NCBI RefSeq assembly: GCF_000150275.1
Contig: NW_002060946.1
Coordinates: forward strand, 553,562 to 617,561
DNA from: Trichoplax adhaerens
Taxonomy: Eukaryota > Animalia > Placozoa
Reading direction: 5' to 3'
DNA: 64,000 nt
The translations under genes were made by a program, and so were the position numbers. Under the pieces are notes generated by a model. The model did no database searches, had not been told where the DNA came from, and was given only the letters and a program-made list of their open reading frames with translations. Below, piece after piece: positions 13,701 through 26,314 of this stretch (the stretch's first letter is position 1; every line of letters begins with the position of its first letter).

Positions 13701-16538
13701 GTTAATAAGCTTAGTATATACAAATACAAACGTACTGTATATTATTATAAACATATTGTAGTGATGACTAATAAGTCTATTATATACGAGTACAAATGTA
13801 CTATGTATTATTACATATATAGTATATTGTACGTACCGATTCTATTCTAATGCGTAGCATCATTTATTTTGACGAAAAAGCATTTTAACCACTTTAACTA
13901 ATTGTTATCATTTGTAATCATTGCTAGTTTGATTAAATATGGCATTTATTGCTGTAATGTATATTAAAACGGAATATTTATGATGTAAGTCAAAATATTA
14001 ACAATATAAAAGCAATATTATAGCAAAAACTGTAATGTTCAATCATCAAATCGTCAAGATAAGATTGACTTGTAATACTGTATCAAGCCAATTTTATTTA
14101 CACCTACCTTTACTCGATAAAAATTAAACATTGTTATTAAGATAGATTCATTTCTCTTACTAATTCAATATTTCACTGTGTGAATAATCACCTTTGTTCT
14201 AGTCATTAACTCAATTACGTCAATTCTCTATTAATCTACTGTGCTAAATGCCTAGAACATAAATGGTGAATGTTTGTTTTTTGTCGTTATGCTGTAGAAT
14301 TGACCATCTATACTATGATGCACGTATAATATTATCACGACAATAAAAAGCAAGTAATTATTACAATTGGCTGCTTATGCTAGTAATTAGAATACCGTTA
14401 GAGCTGCTTCGATTAATTCTAAATCATGTGTATGCAAGCGATTTTCTAATTTGGTCTTGAAGGCCTGCTGCTGTCTCGATTTCCTTTAATAAAAGATTTA
14501 GCATCAATTAAAATCGAAGATTAACTCTAAAACTAACTAATGTTTGGCTTTTCATATCGTAGTTACATGTAAAAATAATAAAAATATTACAAGAAATTAT
14601 ACGATTTGCCCTGTTGTCATTTTAATTTAGTGCAATTAATGAAAACATATGTAATTTATTTTAGAATTAGTCAAATGATATCCCTTACAAATAAAAAAAG
14701 ACTATAATAATTATTATTATCCTAGCAAACCTATAAGGTACAGTAGATTAGCTTGTATGCGAGTATACATCCTATCGACCTTGATTTATAGTACGTATTT
14801 CACAAAATCAGCACGTTAAAGGATTGTTATGGTTTCTGTACATTAATTTCGTAAATAAATCCATTTATCTACTCTAGAATACTAAATTAAATTACCGTAT
14901 ATTATTCATGAAAAAATTAAACTGAGATCAACTTTTGTATTTTCGTGATTATCATTATTATGAAACCATTGTATACGAAAAATTGCAATCTACAATATAC
15001 TGTTGAATTAGTAGAATTTTGCCCCTTTAAATTTAACCTATCGTAATCTCGACAGCATTCTATTCATACTATAGCTTAACGTTTTTGATGCAATGATTCT
15101 CTACTGTAATGAAACAGTATGTTTCCCAAGAGAAGTGAATGATTTGATTTAAAAAGAGCGCAATGTAATGCCTCAACTATATTTTCACCGGTAAAATGAA
15201 TTTTAAGCTATTGTGGCTAATAAACAAACTAATAAACCAATAAATGACTAATAAACATGCGGTGACTGAAGTTTAGTGCACCTTAAATTAACATTAGTTA
15301 AATTTTGTTGAAATAAGATTCTGGGGGTAGTCTTCCACGTTATAAAACAACGTTCGTACGTAAAGTAGGTATCATTTTAGTAATTGTAAAAGCATTTGGA
15401 TGCATTTAGCTAGTTCAGATCCGGCTGGTATTAGCTATTTCAAAGTTAAAAAGCATTCTAGTAAACTAAACATTCGAAAGCCTTTCAAAGTTCTTGTAAA
15501 CGATTATATTAAGGATTCAACATTGAAGTATTAAAATTTAAAGCTAATAATCCACATGTCAGACTCATTGAAATTTGAAAATATGTATGATCACGCTCGA
15601 TTTCATGTGCGATAGTAGTGATAACATCATATGTAGAACGATTTCTTTTCCACATAATTTGTACAGTAGACATGTAATGCTAACACAGTCATTTTTAACT
15701 ATATCCGACCAACCCCGATGATTGCCTACTGGAGCCTAATGCAATAGTATAACGAATGTAAATTAAACCTTGTAGTGTAATTCCAAGTGCAATCTTTTCA
15801 ACGTATTGATAGTATCACATTAAAAAGCCTAAGATTTAAGTGAGAAATATTTTCCCTCTACTATATCTTCACAACTAAATCACTATGATATGAATGTGTA
15901 AGTACCATCATTGATGTGTAATAAATGCTATATCAATCTTTAGCGATTTTATATACCATGGCTATGTTACTATACAAATATTAGATGTTGAATTTAATAT
16001 AACTTGTTATAACATCCTATCATACTTTTAATTGGCGAATAAGATTTTAACTTTAATTTCCTTTCTATGTGTACAACGTCGTGTTCACTAGTAGGTGCTA
16101 AGAATTACTGCATTCAAAAAAAAAGTGCTGGAAATAATTGAAGATAGTGTAGTAAAATATAGAATAGATTAATTTTTTTAGACAGTATATAATTTGTTTT
16201 ATGCTAGTTGAAAGTCAGTCTGTCTTAATTTGTGAATTATTATCGTGGTATACTGTACACGTATACCTTTATCATGCACGATAGTTGAAGTAGTTGTGTA
16301 AACTTACTATAACTATCGATGAAAGTATGATTGAAAAAGAAATTGAAATATGTTAAAGTTACAAATTATTTTCATGCCTTTATACAACGTCCTGCTGGAT
16401 AAAAGGGTTATACACTTTTAATTGTAGTTAATCACGGTCGATGTCCTATTACCGCAGTAGACCTTACCTGCGTCCTTTATTATTATTAGCTGCGCTGATT
16501 CGAATATGTTCCGTTAACGTCAAGAGAGAATCTGCCAT
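4776..16538 (-). CDS. WDR49: WDR49/CFAP337-like EF-hand + WD40 repeat protein, multi-exon
   Basis: Spliced exons read KLENRLHTHDLELIEAA, LILAWGDVSGMINAVVFSSASISLFDRP, PVGLLVGHMASV, WRLDNGQRVKQFTSTH..LTASVDGIIKVWDFNG..IVIGWER, HSDDILVCAYCPPSLMATASYDGEIIIWN, collinear with vertebrate WDR49 as recalled. Putative first exon 16538-16468 (MADSLL..., phase-2 GTAAG donor) joins in frame to the exon at ~14483; stop at 4776. Confidence 0.88.
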
Positions 16539-19374
16539 CTTGACGCCTTTTACTATAGGCGTACATTCGATAGGAAAGTTTTCAGGAAAAAAGTTAAAAT
16601 TAATCGTCTGTTGGATATTTACGCTAGTAGTCAATCGTGAAAAAAAAGTCAATTGCCACCGAGTGGACGTAGCAAAGGCTAAATCTAAATCAAAGTCTTT
16701 ATCAATTTTTAATAGATTACTTAGTATAGGAAGTACTCGACACTCCTTGATTCTAATATAGCAACCAGATAAGTCTGTGTACATGAATTGAAATAAAAGC
16801 GTTACTAAGAGGAAAGTAGAATAAATTACTCGACGTCACAATCGACTTGAAAGTAACAATAACAATTATTGTTCAAAGTAGCACCATGGCATCGATTATC
16901 CTCTCTAACTTGCCCTTGATTGGGTAAAAATGCTTAAACAATTTTAGAATATTATTGTCTTAAACTAAGGACTCGAGCAATGAGAATGCAGTTGCAATAC
17001 ACTACTTCGTTGTTATTCACTGTTTATGAGCTATGCAAAGTCACATGAAATTATTAAAACTAATGCTCCTGCTGTTGGATTTTGTCTATATTAAAATTCC
17101 ATCATTTTCGATAGGAATAGCGTATTATGATGCTAGTCTCTTCGTGAAATTGCTACCATAGAATAGTAGTACTCTAACAGTATATCGGTCAACAAATTAT
17201 AGTAACTGGCTATTGTAAACAAACGTCCACACATAAACTTTATATTCGATTTTTCTTCATTATTTCTGCTATTACTTTATTTTTAATACGAACTGTTCTA
17301 TTTTCTTAACTGATGCATGGTCTATTAGCACATTATTTAGCAAGCCATACCGCAGACCACTAGTGTAGTTTACACTAGATCATAGTCAATTTACTACTGC
17401 ATGCTCAATTGTTCATACGCGTATATGGAGAACTGACTTCCATTTGTCTTCTGTTATTATGGCATAAAGGAATTTAGTCACAGTATATCATCTAAAACTG
17501 TATTACAAATGATATAATAGGTTAGTCTATAATGAAACTAATTAAGTTAAAGTTTTATTATCTAGAGTTTGTTTTATAGTTATCCTATCGACATACTAAT
17601 TCACGCCCTTTCATCTCATACTTTCACGTCTCGTAAAATGAATAGCATACTACTCTTATACGGAATAAAACATTGTTTCTGTGTATATTATAGGCTAAGT
17701 CAAAATGACTAGGCTTATCATGTATATGTTGAGGGATTAAGATTTTTAGTAATCTAGTAATAAATGCGTATAATAATGAGCTCAAATTTGTCAGTCCACA
17801 TTTTGGAATAAGAAAATGAGATTTCACAAAATTTTAGCAGGGCACAACTCTTCCTTACTGTTATACCTATAGTTCTGTTGTACTTTTCAGAATCTTACAA
17901 AAAAGCATATCGCAACACTTACATAGCAGGATAATTTTGAATTTTAAATCGAAATGGAAATTATTAACTTACTACTATATAAAAAAGAGGGAAAATTAAA
18001 TCAATTTTAACGCCATGTTCACAATTACTCATTCTACGATTATAAGCATGGGTTACTATAAATTAGGAAATGAGTCAATACTACTGCAGCCTATAATATT
18101 AAAATGAAGATAGCTGTAGTCTATCTCATTTTTATTAATAACCTACCGTTAGGGAGTTTTAAGAAAAATTCAGTGTAGCACAATAAGAATTTCAATAGTA
18201 AGCTCAGCACAGAGTAAAATAAATTAGGCCAAATGATAGTTTTATTCGTCTCACAAGGTATTTTGTAAATATCCTATCCATATGAAATAATGTAGCGTAA
18301 TGGATACAGCATAAAATTAAGTTAGCTCATTTAACGCAATACTGTACAAATAAATTTCTGTTCATATTATTCAATAAAAAACAAATAATTGTCAAAAATT
18401 ATGGCAGCTAACCATTGCAATAATCCAATAAGATTAGATACATAAATTAAAAGTTTAACAAATCTGCGTCCAGGTTTATCATAATTGTGATTCGTATTCC
18501 GTATTTAGTAGTATGTATTCGTATACCGTATACAGACATAAAGATACACTGTAAAATAAAATTCATTGAAAAATGATATTAAAACTGCTATTTTTCTTAA
18601 TCACCGACATAAAGTAAATAGGGATAGACTAAAGTTATCGACTGATTTAATCCTATTTTCATATCATATCAACACACAATTAAGCAATATTTGCACCTTA
18701 TTAGCTGTCGACGTGGTTAAATATATTAAAAAAATTAAGATTACAAAATCCATTATAAAGAAATAACGATACAGATAACGATTCGTGCCGTAAATCTGTT
18801 AAGGGATCAGACTGACGTACATCCTTTATTTATAAAGCAGTAGTTAATAATCCTCAGGAATTATAGAGTAGTAGTTAATGAATGTACTGTATTTAAATGG
18901 CAAAAGAATTTATATTGATTAAAGCAACTAACTCAAGATCGATGGTTTAGCTATCTAATTGAACAGATACTAGGTTGGATTGTAAATGAAATTTGCAATA
19001 CATGAATTTGAACGGATATGATTTCAAATGATTTGCTATTAGCTGAAAGTTGAATAAAATTTTTAAATAAAAAATCCCTCTGAGAGTATAAGACGTATTG
19101 AAGCATTTGCAGCTATACACACACATATCGTAATTTCTCAGGGGCGGTATGCTAAAACCATCTGTTTAGTTTCATACAACGTAAAATAAATTCACCAAAG
19201 TACCATACCATATAACAGTATTAATAGGATATCATGATAAGAAATATAGGCTAAACTATCCAATCAAGATTTTTGATCCAAACATGGTATTACGTTATCT
19301 AAATAAGGTAATTACAAATATTAATATAGACTTTTAAAGAGTCACTAACGACTCGTACAATAAATCTCCAATGG

Positions 19375-21114
19375 TCACTTTGATGCTAATAACTCGTTCA
19401 TATCTAGTTCGTAGGCTTGATTTTCCTCAATTCGAATGCAATCTGGAGTGTCAGGTTGCCTGAATGTAGGATGGTTGATTACTTGAGCCTTTGCTGGATC
19501 AGAGTCAGTGATTATCTCGTAAACAGGGTCGGCTCTTAAAGCTTCATCGATAGGAAACCCTAACTTATTCAATCTTCTAATTGCCTTTTCCATATAGTGG
19601 CGACCTATGATGCTATAGGTGCTTCTAGCTTTTTGCACCACGTCTTTGTATAAATCGCAGGCTAACCTTTCGTCGTTTACCATGCCTAAAGCATTCTCGT
19701 GCATCCGACCAATATGATAATCTGACCAAGTGGTAGTTCTCTTATTAATTTTCGATGAAAAAAATTGATTTGCCTGTACTGCCCGGAAGCACTGATTTCC
19801 TTTGTTTTGATCACGCATATCAGTCAATTTGCCTCCGAAGTACAACTTTCCCAGCCTATAGTATGCATAGCTTGCAGCATCATGATCGCTAGAATCCGCA
19901 ACAGTGTTATAGTATTGTATTGCTATCGTAATATCAGAGTTTGGAAGCCTATCTTTTTCTACTAACTTGGCGAGACGACACATTGCCATGCTGTAATTCA
20001 TTTTAGCAGCAATTGCATAATGATGTGCGGCGATCACGAAGTCTTTTTCAACGCCGATACCTTTTTCGTACATAAATCCTAGTAAAAAATTACCTAATAT
20101 TTTTCCATCATGATTTTCATAATCAACCGCTGTGACCGCTTTCTCAAAAAGTTCTATCGCTAGTGTAAAATTTTGTCGAATCCCTCCTAAGCCATGATAA
20201 TGTAGTTGACCCAATAAACATAAAGTATCTGCATAAGGGAATCTTGACGACATACCTAAGTAGTTAAAGGCTACGTTATAGTTATCATCAAGGTCGTCAT
20301 TTGATGCTTTGGAATAAAAAGCTTGATAACCTAATAAAAATTGAGCACGGGCGTGACCATTTTCAGCAGCCTGAATTAAATATTGTCGGGCTTCCTCAGC
20401 TTGCTTACCTATCAGGTTACCGACATGATGAATAATATTGGCAATGTTATAATAGCCGCTGGGATTACCCATATCCCCGGCTTTTTTAAAGTAATTAGCA
20501 GCAGCTTGATATTGCTCTACATCCTTATTCTCATTCAATATCCACAACAAATAGCCATACTCATTGTATAATGTTGGTCTATCTTCAATAATTCTATCAC
20601 GATTGCTTTCAATCAGGCGTTTCTTCGAATGCTTTAATTTCATAATTTCTTTCTTCCATAAAGTCGAGTTTGATATCCTGTGTTTGAGTTCCTTGTGGGC
20701 TGGTGAACTGCATATATCTTTGGATGCTGAATTAACGTACATGGGCACTTTTAATCGTACCAGTTGTTTATCAGAAACGGCTTTGATCCATAATGCTTTC
20801 TGTGATGAAGACTTGCTAACAAATAATTGATAGAGGAGGTATTGCGCGGTAGGATGTTGCTGTTTAGCGGAACGTTGATAGTATTGAAAGCACTTTTTTA
20901 AATCTCTCTTATTCATACCGTATCCATGATGGTAGTAATATCCTAACAACAAATTGGCGTGAGGGTCATCGGTTTGTTCGGATAACTCTAAGTTGCGCTT
21001 GATAGCATCTTCGTACAAATGATGTAGTATAGATGTGGAAATAAATTGATTTAGGTTTCGACTTTCATCGGGCACAGGATCGCGCATTTTATAAACTGCC
21101 GAAGAATTGCCCAT
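19375..21114 (-). CDS. Sel1-like repeat protein, paralog 1, intronless CDS, N-terminal MG
   Basis: 579 aa; repeated LGxxYxxGxG-x-D-xxxA-xx-Y-xx-AA SLR motifs; starts MGNSSA. Confidence 0.93.
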   Translation of the reverse strand: MGNSSAVYKMRDPVPDESRNLNQFISTSILHHLYEDAIKRNLELSEQTDDPHANLLLGYYYHHGYGMNKRDLKKCFQYYQRSAKQQHPTAQYLLYQLFVSKSSSQKALWIKAVSDKQLVRLKVPMYVNSASKDICSSPAHKELKHRISNSTLWKKEIMKLKHSKKRLIESNRDRIIEDRPTLYNEYGYLLWILNENKDVEQYQAAANYFKKAGDMGNPSGYYNIANIIHHVGNLIGKQAEEARQYLIQAAENGHARAQFLLGYQAFYSKASNDDLDDNYNVAFNYLGMSSRFPYADTLCLLGQLHYHGLGGIRQNFTLAIELFEKAVTAVDYENHDGKILGNFLLGFMYEKGIGVEKDFVIAAHHYAIAAKMNYSMAMCRLAKLVEKDRLPNSDITIAIQYYNTVADSSDHDAASYAYYRLGKLYFGGKLTDMRDQNKGNQCFRAVQANQFFSSKINKRTTTWSDYHIGRMHENALGMVNDERLACDLYKDVVQKARSTYSIIGRHYMEKAIRRLNKLGFPIDEALRADPVYEIITDSDPAKAQVINHPTFRQPDTPDCIRIEENQAYELDMNELLASK

Positions 21115-21819
21115 AATAATAACTTGATATCGATGGTGGTGAAGAGATGAACTATCAGCAGGCCTTACAATAATGGTGTGGTTAATACAGCTGAAGTATT
21201 ACCTATATAATGGCTACCAATATGCGATTAGAATATTTCAATGTTAACTGAAAGAAAAAAAAAAATAAGAGTACTTGTTATTTTCATATAGAAGATAATA
21301 ATGTCAAACGTAGACTCTATCGATGGAAGTGTTTCAGTGCTAACAATCAGTGGACAATTTGAACATCATCCTAAGTTATATTATTGACTACAATGACACT
21401 CCATATTAGACTTCAAACAACTTACTACGTCGTAAGACAACTGTAGCACCGCATTTTAATGATAAAATATGAACACGAAATGCTTCAATCTATATTGAAT
21501 GAATGATCAGTTGGAGGATTAACCAATTACAAAAGGTGGATCATCTCCGGACCATTGAATGATTTGACACGCTTTCAATCGTTGGCCTAATGTTGGTATA
21601 GCATACCGGCAGATTTACACGATGGTCCAATTCATTAGTTTTGATTTCTTAGGCTATTATTTAGGCCTGCAAACTGGCGCTGTAATTGAATCGGATATTT
21701 AGGTCTATTGAATTGAACTCTTCTCGCCTTATTGGATCAGACTGCCGCCACCATTGATCGGCATCGCCTTAATAATTTTTTTTCAGGAGATTGCAAAGCT
21801 GCAACACCTACAGTTCCTG

Positions 21820-23220
21820 CTGGTACAGTGTAAAGTACTGTACAGGGCAGGACAATCATCATACTGTACAGTACTGTATAGTACAGTGCACAGTACAGTA
21901 CGGTACACTGTACACGACGTTGCAGTACTGTACTGTACTGTACTGTACTGTAGGTAACGAAAGTAGGAAAATACTGTACAGACTATCACTATTCTGGAAA
22001 ATTGCGTTTTAGTAGCAATCTACTGAACAATGCAGTACGGTATACTGTAGTTTATGACACAGCGCTCAGAGCTCATCCCCATCAACGATGATTGATTGAT
22101 TTTAGACCAGTATTTATCAAATACTGTTGTTTCAGTGCTGCCACTGCTTTGCTAGGCATCAGTGGGTTGTATATGGGTCTAACTACCAGAGTGGCCTCCT
22201 ATTCTATCGTCAACCTACTTAGTTTGAACCTATTGATTTACATTGAGTGTACAGAGGTGAAAGGAAAGCCCCTAAAACTGTATAGAACCTCTTTTCTTTT
22301 CACCGCTACAGTCCTATCCTCTTTGTCACCCTGTACTGTACAGACTGTACTGTACACTGTACAATACAGTACTGTACAGCCTTGGTACAGAATAGTCAAG
22401 TTAATGTACACTGTACAGGTGCAGTACAGTACTACAAGACATCGACCTTCCGAAAGGGCTGTATAGAACCTACAGTATTTTCTTTTCACCTCTACAGTCC
22501 TATCCTCTTTGTCAGCGTGCGCTACTGTACAGTACACTGTACACTGTACAATACAACCTTGGTAGTACAGTACAGTACTGTACTGTACAGTACAGAATAG
22601 TCAAGTTAAAGTACTACTGTACACTGTACAGTACTACAAGACGTCGACAGTAATGACTCCAAAACTCTGGTGCAGTACTGTACTGTACAGTACTACAAGA
22701 CGTCGGCCTTCCGTAATGACTCCAAAACTCTGGTCCATGACTATTTCTACAGTACTGTACACTGTACTGTACAGTCCATTTCATTTCTACTACAGTACAG
22801 TACAGTACAGTATAGTGTAGTGTACAGGATTGGAGTACTAATGAATTTATATTGACCATTAATACAGCCTAGGTACAGAAGAGTCAAGTTAAAGTACTAT
22901 AGGTGTACTATTACAAGACGTCGACCTTCCAGTAATGACTCCAAAATTCTGGTCTACTGTACAGTACAGTATGACTACAGTATTTCTAATGAACTGTACA
23001 CTGTACTGTACAGTGTACAGTCCATTTCATTTCTACTGTACTACAGTACAGTACAGTACAGGATTGGAGTACTGTACAGTACAGTACAGTACAGTACAGT
23101 ACTTAGACCTGACGTCTGTACTGTACTGTAATTCACGGTAACTCGTGTCTACAGTACAGTACAGTAAACTGCCTACGTCATTACTCAAGTTGTGCATTAC
23201 TGAATTTACAGTACATACTG
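21820..23220. repeat. Mixed-orientation (TACAG/TACTG)n tract overlaid on tandemly duplicated ~180-300 bp units
   Basis: Dense TACAG, TACTG, TACACTG and TACAGTG units; repeated unique blocks (cagaatagtcaagttaa x3, tacaagac.tcg x4, gtaatgactccaaaa x3, ggattggagtac x2). Confidence 0.92.
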
Positions 23221-23832
23221 TTCTGTATATCTCAAGTACGGTGCTGTAAAGGCATAAATTGAGCAAATACTGATGCAAAATGAAGTCAAAAATTCTCAAA
23301 TTGAATTCGATGACTGTCATAACAAAATAGTATTATATTATAACTATAATTTATGGATTACAAAGCGCCATGTTCATTTTCGATAAGTATGAATCAGTCA
23401 AATTCCAACAATAGCACGGTATTCAAGAGCCACAGTAGCATGCGATATTTACTGTACTGTACTGTATATTCCAAGCGTTAAGCAGTTAATCATAAGTAAA
23501 CTATCCTATTACGCAGATCGACGCACCGCACTATTAACTAATACTGTATACATACGTTTAAACCAAGCATTACAGACGACCAATTACAGACCAGTTATAA
23601 ATGTCATGCTAGAATTAATATTTTCTTCACTAATGTATACGAGCTAGCATCCAAGCATTGGTGTCCCTATGGCCGCTTTTAATTTAAATACGTCAGGTAG
23701 ATTTATAATTGCACATACGATAAATTAGCACTGTAGAACATAGTTGAAATAGAAACTAATTAAATAGACATTATATACGCAATATGATATATATTGAAGT
23801 AGAATAAACATAGTCTACGCAAACGAATACTC

Positions 23833-26314
23833 CTATTCTTAAAGTGTCCTTCAATCCTTTACAGTGATCCCACACCTTTATAATTTAGAAATATTGATAG
23901 TTGCACCCTAATTGATAGAATTTACATGTTGATCATTGGTATATAAACACCAAACTTTTATTGAGACAGTAATCATCTCCAACGGAAGTTGCCTTGCTAG
24001 TATTAAATAAATAAAGTAAATAATTCTTGCCATAAAGATTGAAATTCATTTTAGTTTATAATATTGCCTACAACATAGTACCCTATCGTAAATGCAGCAT
24101 CGTTTTTTAACTATAGCTTCGATCATAACTTTTCCATTTTTTTTTTATTCTTCTCATACTTATAATCTATTGACTAACTTTGCATATGTTTCGAACAAGA
24201 AATAATTAACAATACAAACTGTAGCCCATTTTACTAATTTGGCTAAGTTCCTTCGAATACAAGTATACAACACTTTGTATCGCATGACAGCTGTGTATTG
24301 ATGTTAGTCTCTATTGATGATTTATTCTATAATATTTTATTCTAGCAAAGAAACATATTTACATAATAGAATAATCAGTTATTGATTTAACAATAGCCTC
24401 TGTAGTTAGTATAAAATCTGCAAGAATGGCCCTAAAATTATAATTTGATTATTAAACATTTGTATAGTCTTTCTACCGTTTCAGATTTTAATAACAACAT
24501 TCAATAAGTCCTCAGGCTCGAAATCAACTTACGGTAGATAAGTAGCTTACAAATCATCCTTCACATTAATTTAATGCAGTATGTAAAAGCAGAGAACAGC
24601 GAATAGATTGCCTCATGCTACTACAGTATAAAGGCATTTCGTCACACAAACAAGACAATACTATATTTTCATTTATTATAGCTACTAACACACTGCACTC
24701 AACATTTTTACCACTGTTCAAATACCGTATAACGTAAACACCAAATGCCTATAATAATATAATCGATTATCTTCTAAAGAGCTAACCATCTAGCAATCCT
24801 ATTTTAACCACTACGATATAATTTCGACTTTATTGTTGGGATTAGGGTAAAAGATTACTGCTAATAACTTAGAATAAAATGCACAACCTATCTAGGATTT
24901 CAACTATACCGCCATAATCCAAGATTTAACGGGTATTTCAGTAGCTATACACTAAATCAGCAAGATTGAATTTATTCGACTTAACACAATTATAGTCAAA
25001 TCGATTATGATATTTCGTTCCGGTTTTTTTGATTTATTACTCTTTTTTCTTATTCTTGTCCGTATGCTCATGAGATATTCGATCATGACTTATTACAAAG
25101 TAATAAATTTTCCTGTTAGTGACATCAACCTTTTATACCATGTACTTGTAGGTAGAATTAATCCGATAAATATATCCATTCATTGAATGATCAAAGTATG
25201 AAATAGGTTACAAGATTATCCTTGTTTAGGAAATGAATAAGTAAAATATCTTCTTGACTTTACTGTATCATGTAAATTGACTTTATTTAGCTTACTATTG
25301 TAGTATTCTGCTTAAAGCAAAGTTACGCTATCAATACAATTAATCAACCTATGCATTCATACATAGGTATGTATCAAATCGATGCTAATAGATGTTAACC
25401 CTTACTTCGATACTGCAGATGTCAACATAAACATTCTTTGAATCACCTTGATATTTATTCCATGCTTAATTCATGTCAAGAAATACAGTCTTGCTTATAT
25501 TATAATCAGATTATTTTACAGTAAAGACATCTTGAATAATGATTAAACTACTAATGGTAATGGACAAAGAAATTTTGACTCTATTACTTATTGCTATGCT
25601 CCTCACCTTGTAATTTTCGTCCTCAGGGTAAAAGTTTACAATAGAATCTGATGAAGCTGGGAGTGGATAATTATGATTCTTTCTTTTATTAAGCAACCTG
25701 AGACTGATAGCGTTAGATCTCTAGCAAAATTGATAATAATAAACAAATGTTAAACACTCTATAGTAATTAGTTTTAACTCGTATTAAACGCAGAGATTAC
25801 CTGATCAGCTATTACTTTCGCGTTACGAAAGTGAAGTTTTCTATATAAAGATTTCTTACAATTACAGTACTGTATAACATAATAAATTTATAGCGTTTTT
25901 ACCTATTACTGTAGTACTCTAGTGTAATTGTCCTTAAGGTAATGATATTTACAGATCCAATAATAATTCTCATTTTATTTCCACTAAAAGAGAGGTATCA
26001 ATGTGATGTGGTATAGTATATATATATACGCATACGTAAACTCGGATACACTAAAATTTTCTACCCTTTGTAAGTCATGGTATGTTGATGGCAACATCAT
26101 GAAAGAATCAATACTCAAATAAATATGCATTATTTCTCAAGTAAACCAGATTTCTTTATAACTTTATTGGGAAAACTGACAACATTTCGCTACCATTATA
26201 ATGATCTTTCGTGATACGAATCAAATTTGCATGGGTATGCTATTGAAAAGAACATGGTCTATCCTTTTGTTGTTACAGCATTGTTTACAAAAAACCCATA
26301 ATTTATCTGACGTG
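23833..26314 (-). pseudogene. Decayed protein tyrosine kinase-like gene (spliced, multiple stops/frameshifts)
   Basis: AG/GT-bounded fragments in kinase order: RQINYGFFV (~26310, I), ..PEDENYK (25607), K*SDYNISK (25530-25447, VII), ATEIPVKSWIMAV* (24944-24888, VIII), IYSLFSAFTYCIKLM*RMICKLLIY (~24618-24533, IX), WDHCKGLKDT (~23870, XI). Confidence 0.5.

Noticed and set aside
21820-23220. Telomeric or telomerase-added repeat
   Set aside because: No TTAGGG-like G-rich strand bias; orientation is mixed and anchored at TA
21754-23320. Many short ORFs rich in YSTVQ/YCTVL (also 31531, 38428, 61308)
   Set aside because: They are translations of the stop-free TACAG/TACTG pentamer, not genes
23833-26314. 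Alternative genetic code or readthrough explaining the stops in the kinase fragments
   Set aside because: All three stop types plus frameshifts occur, and neighbouring genes use the standard code
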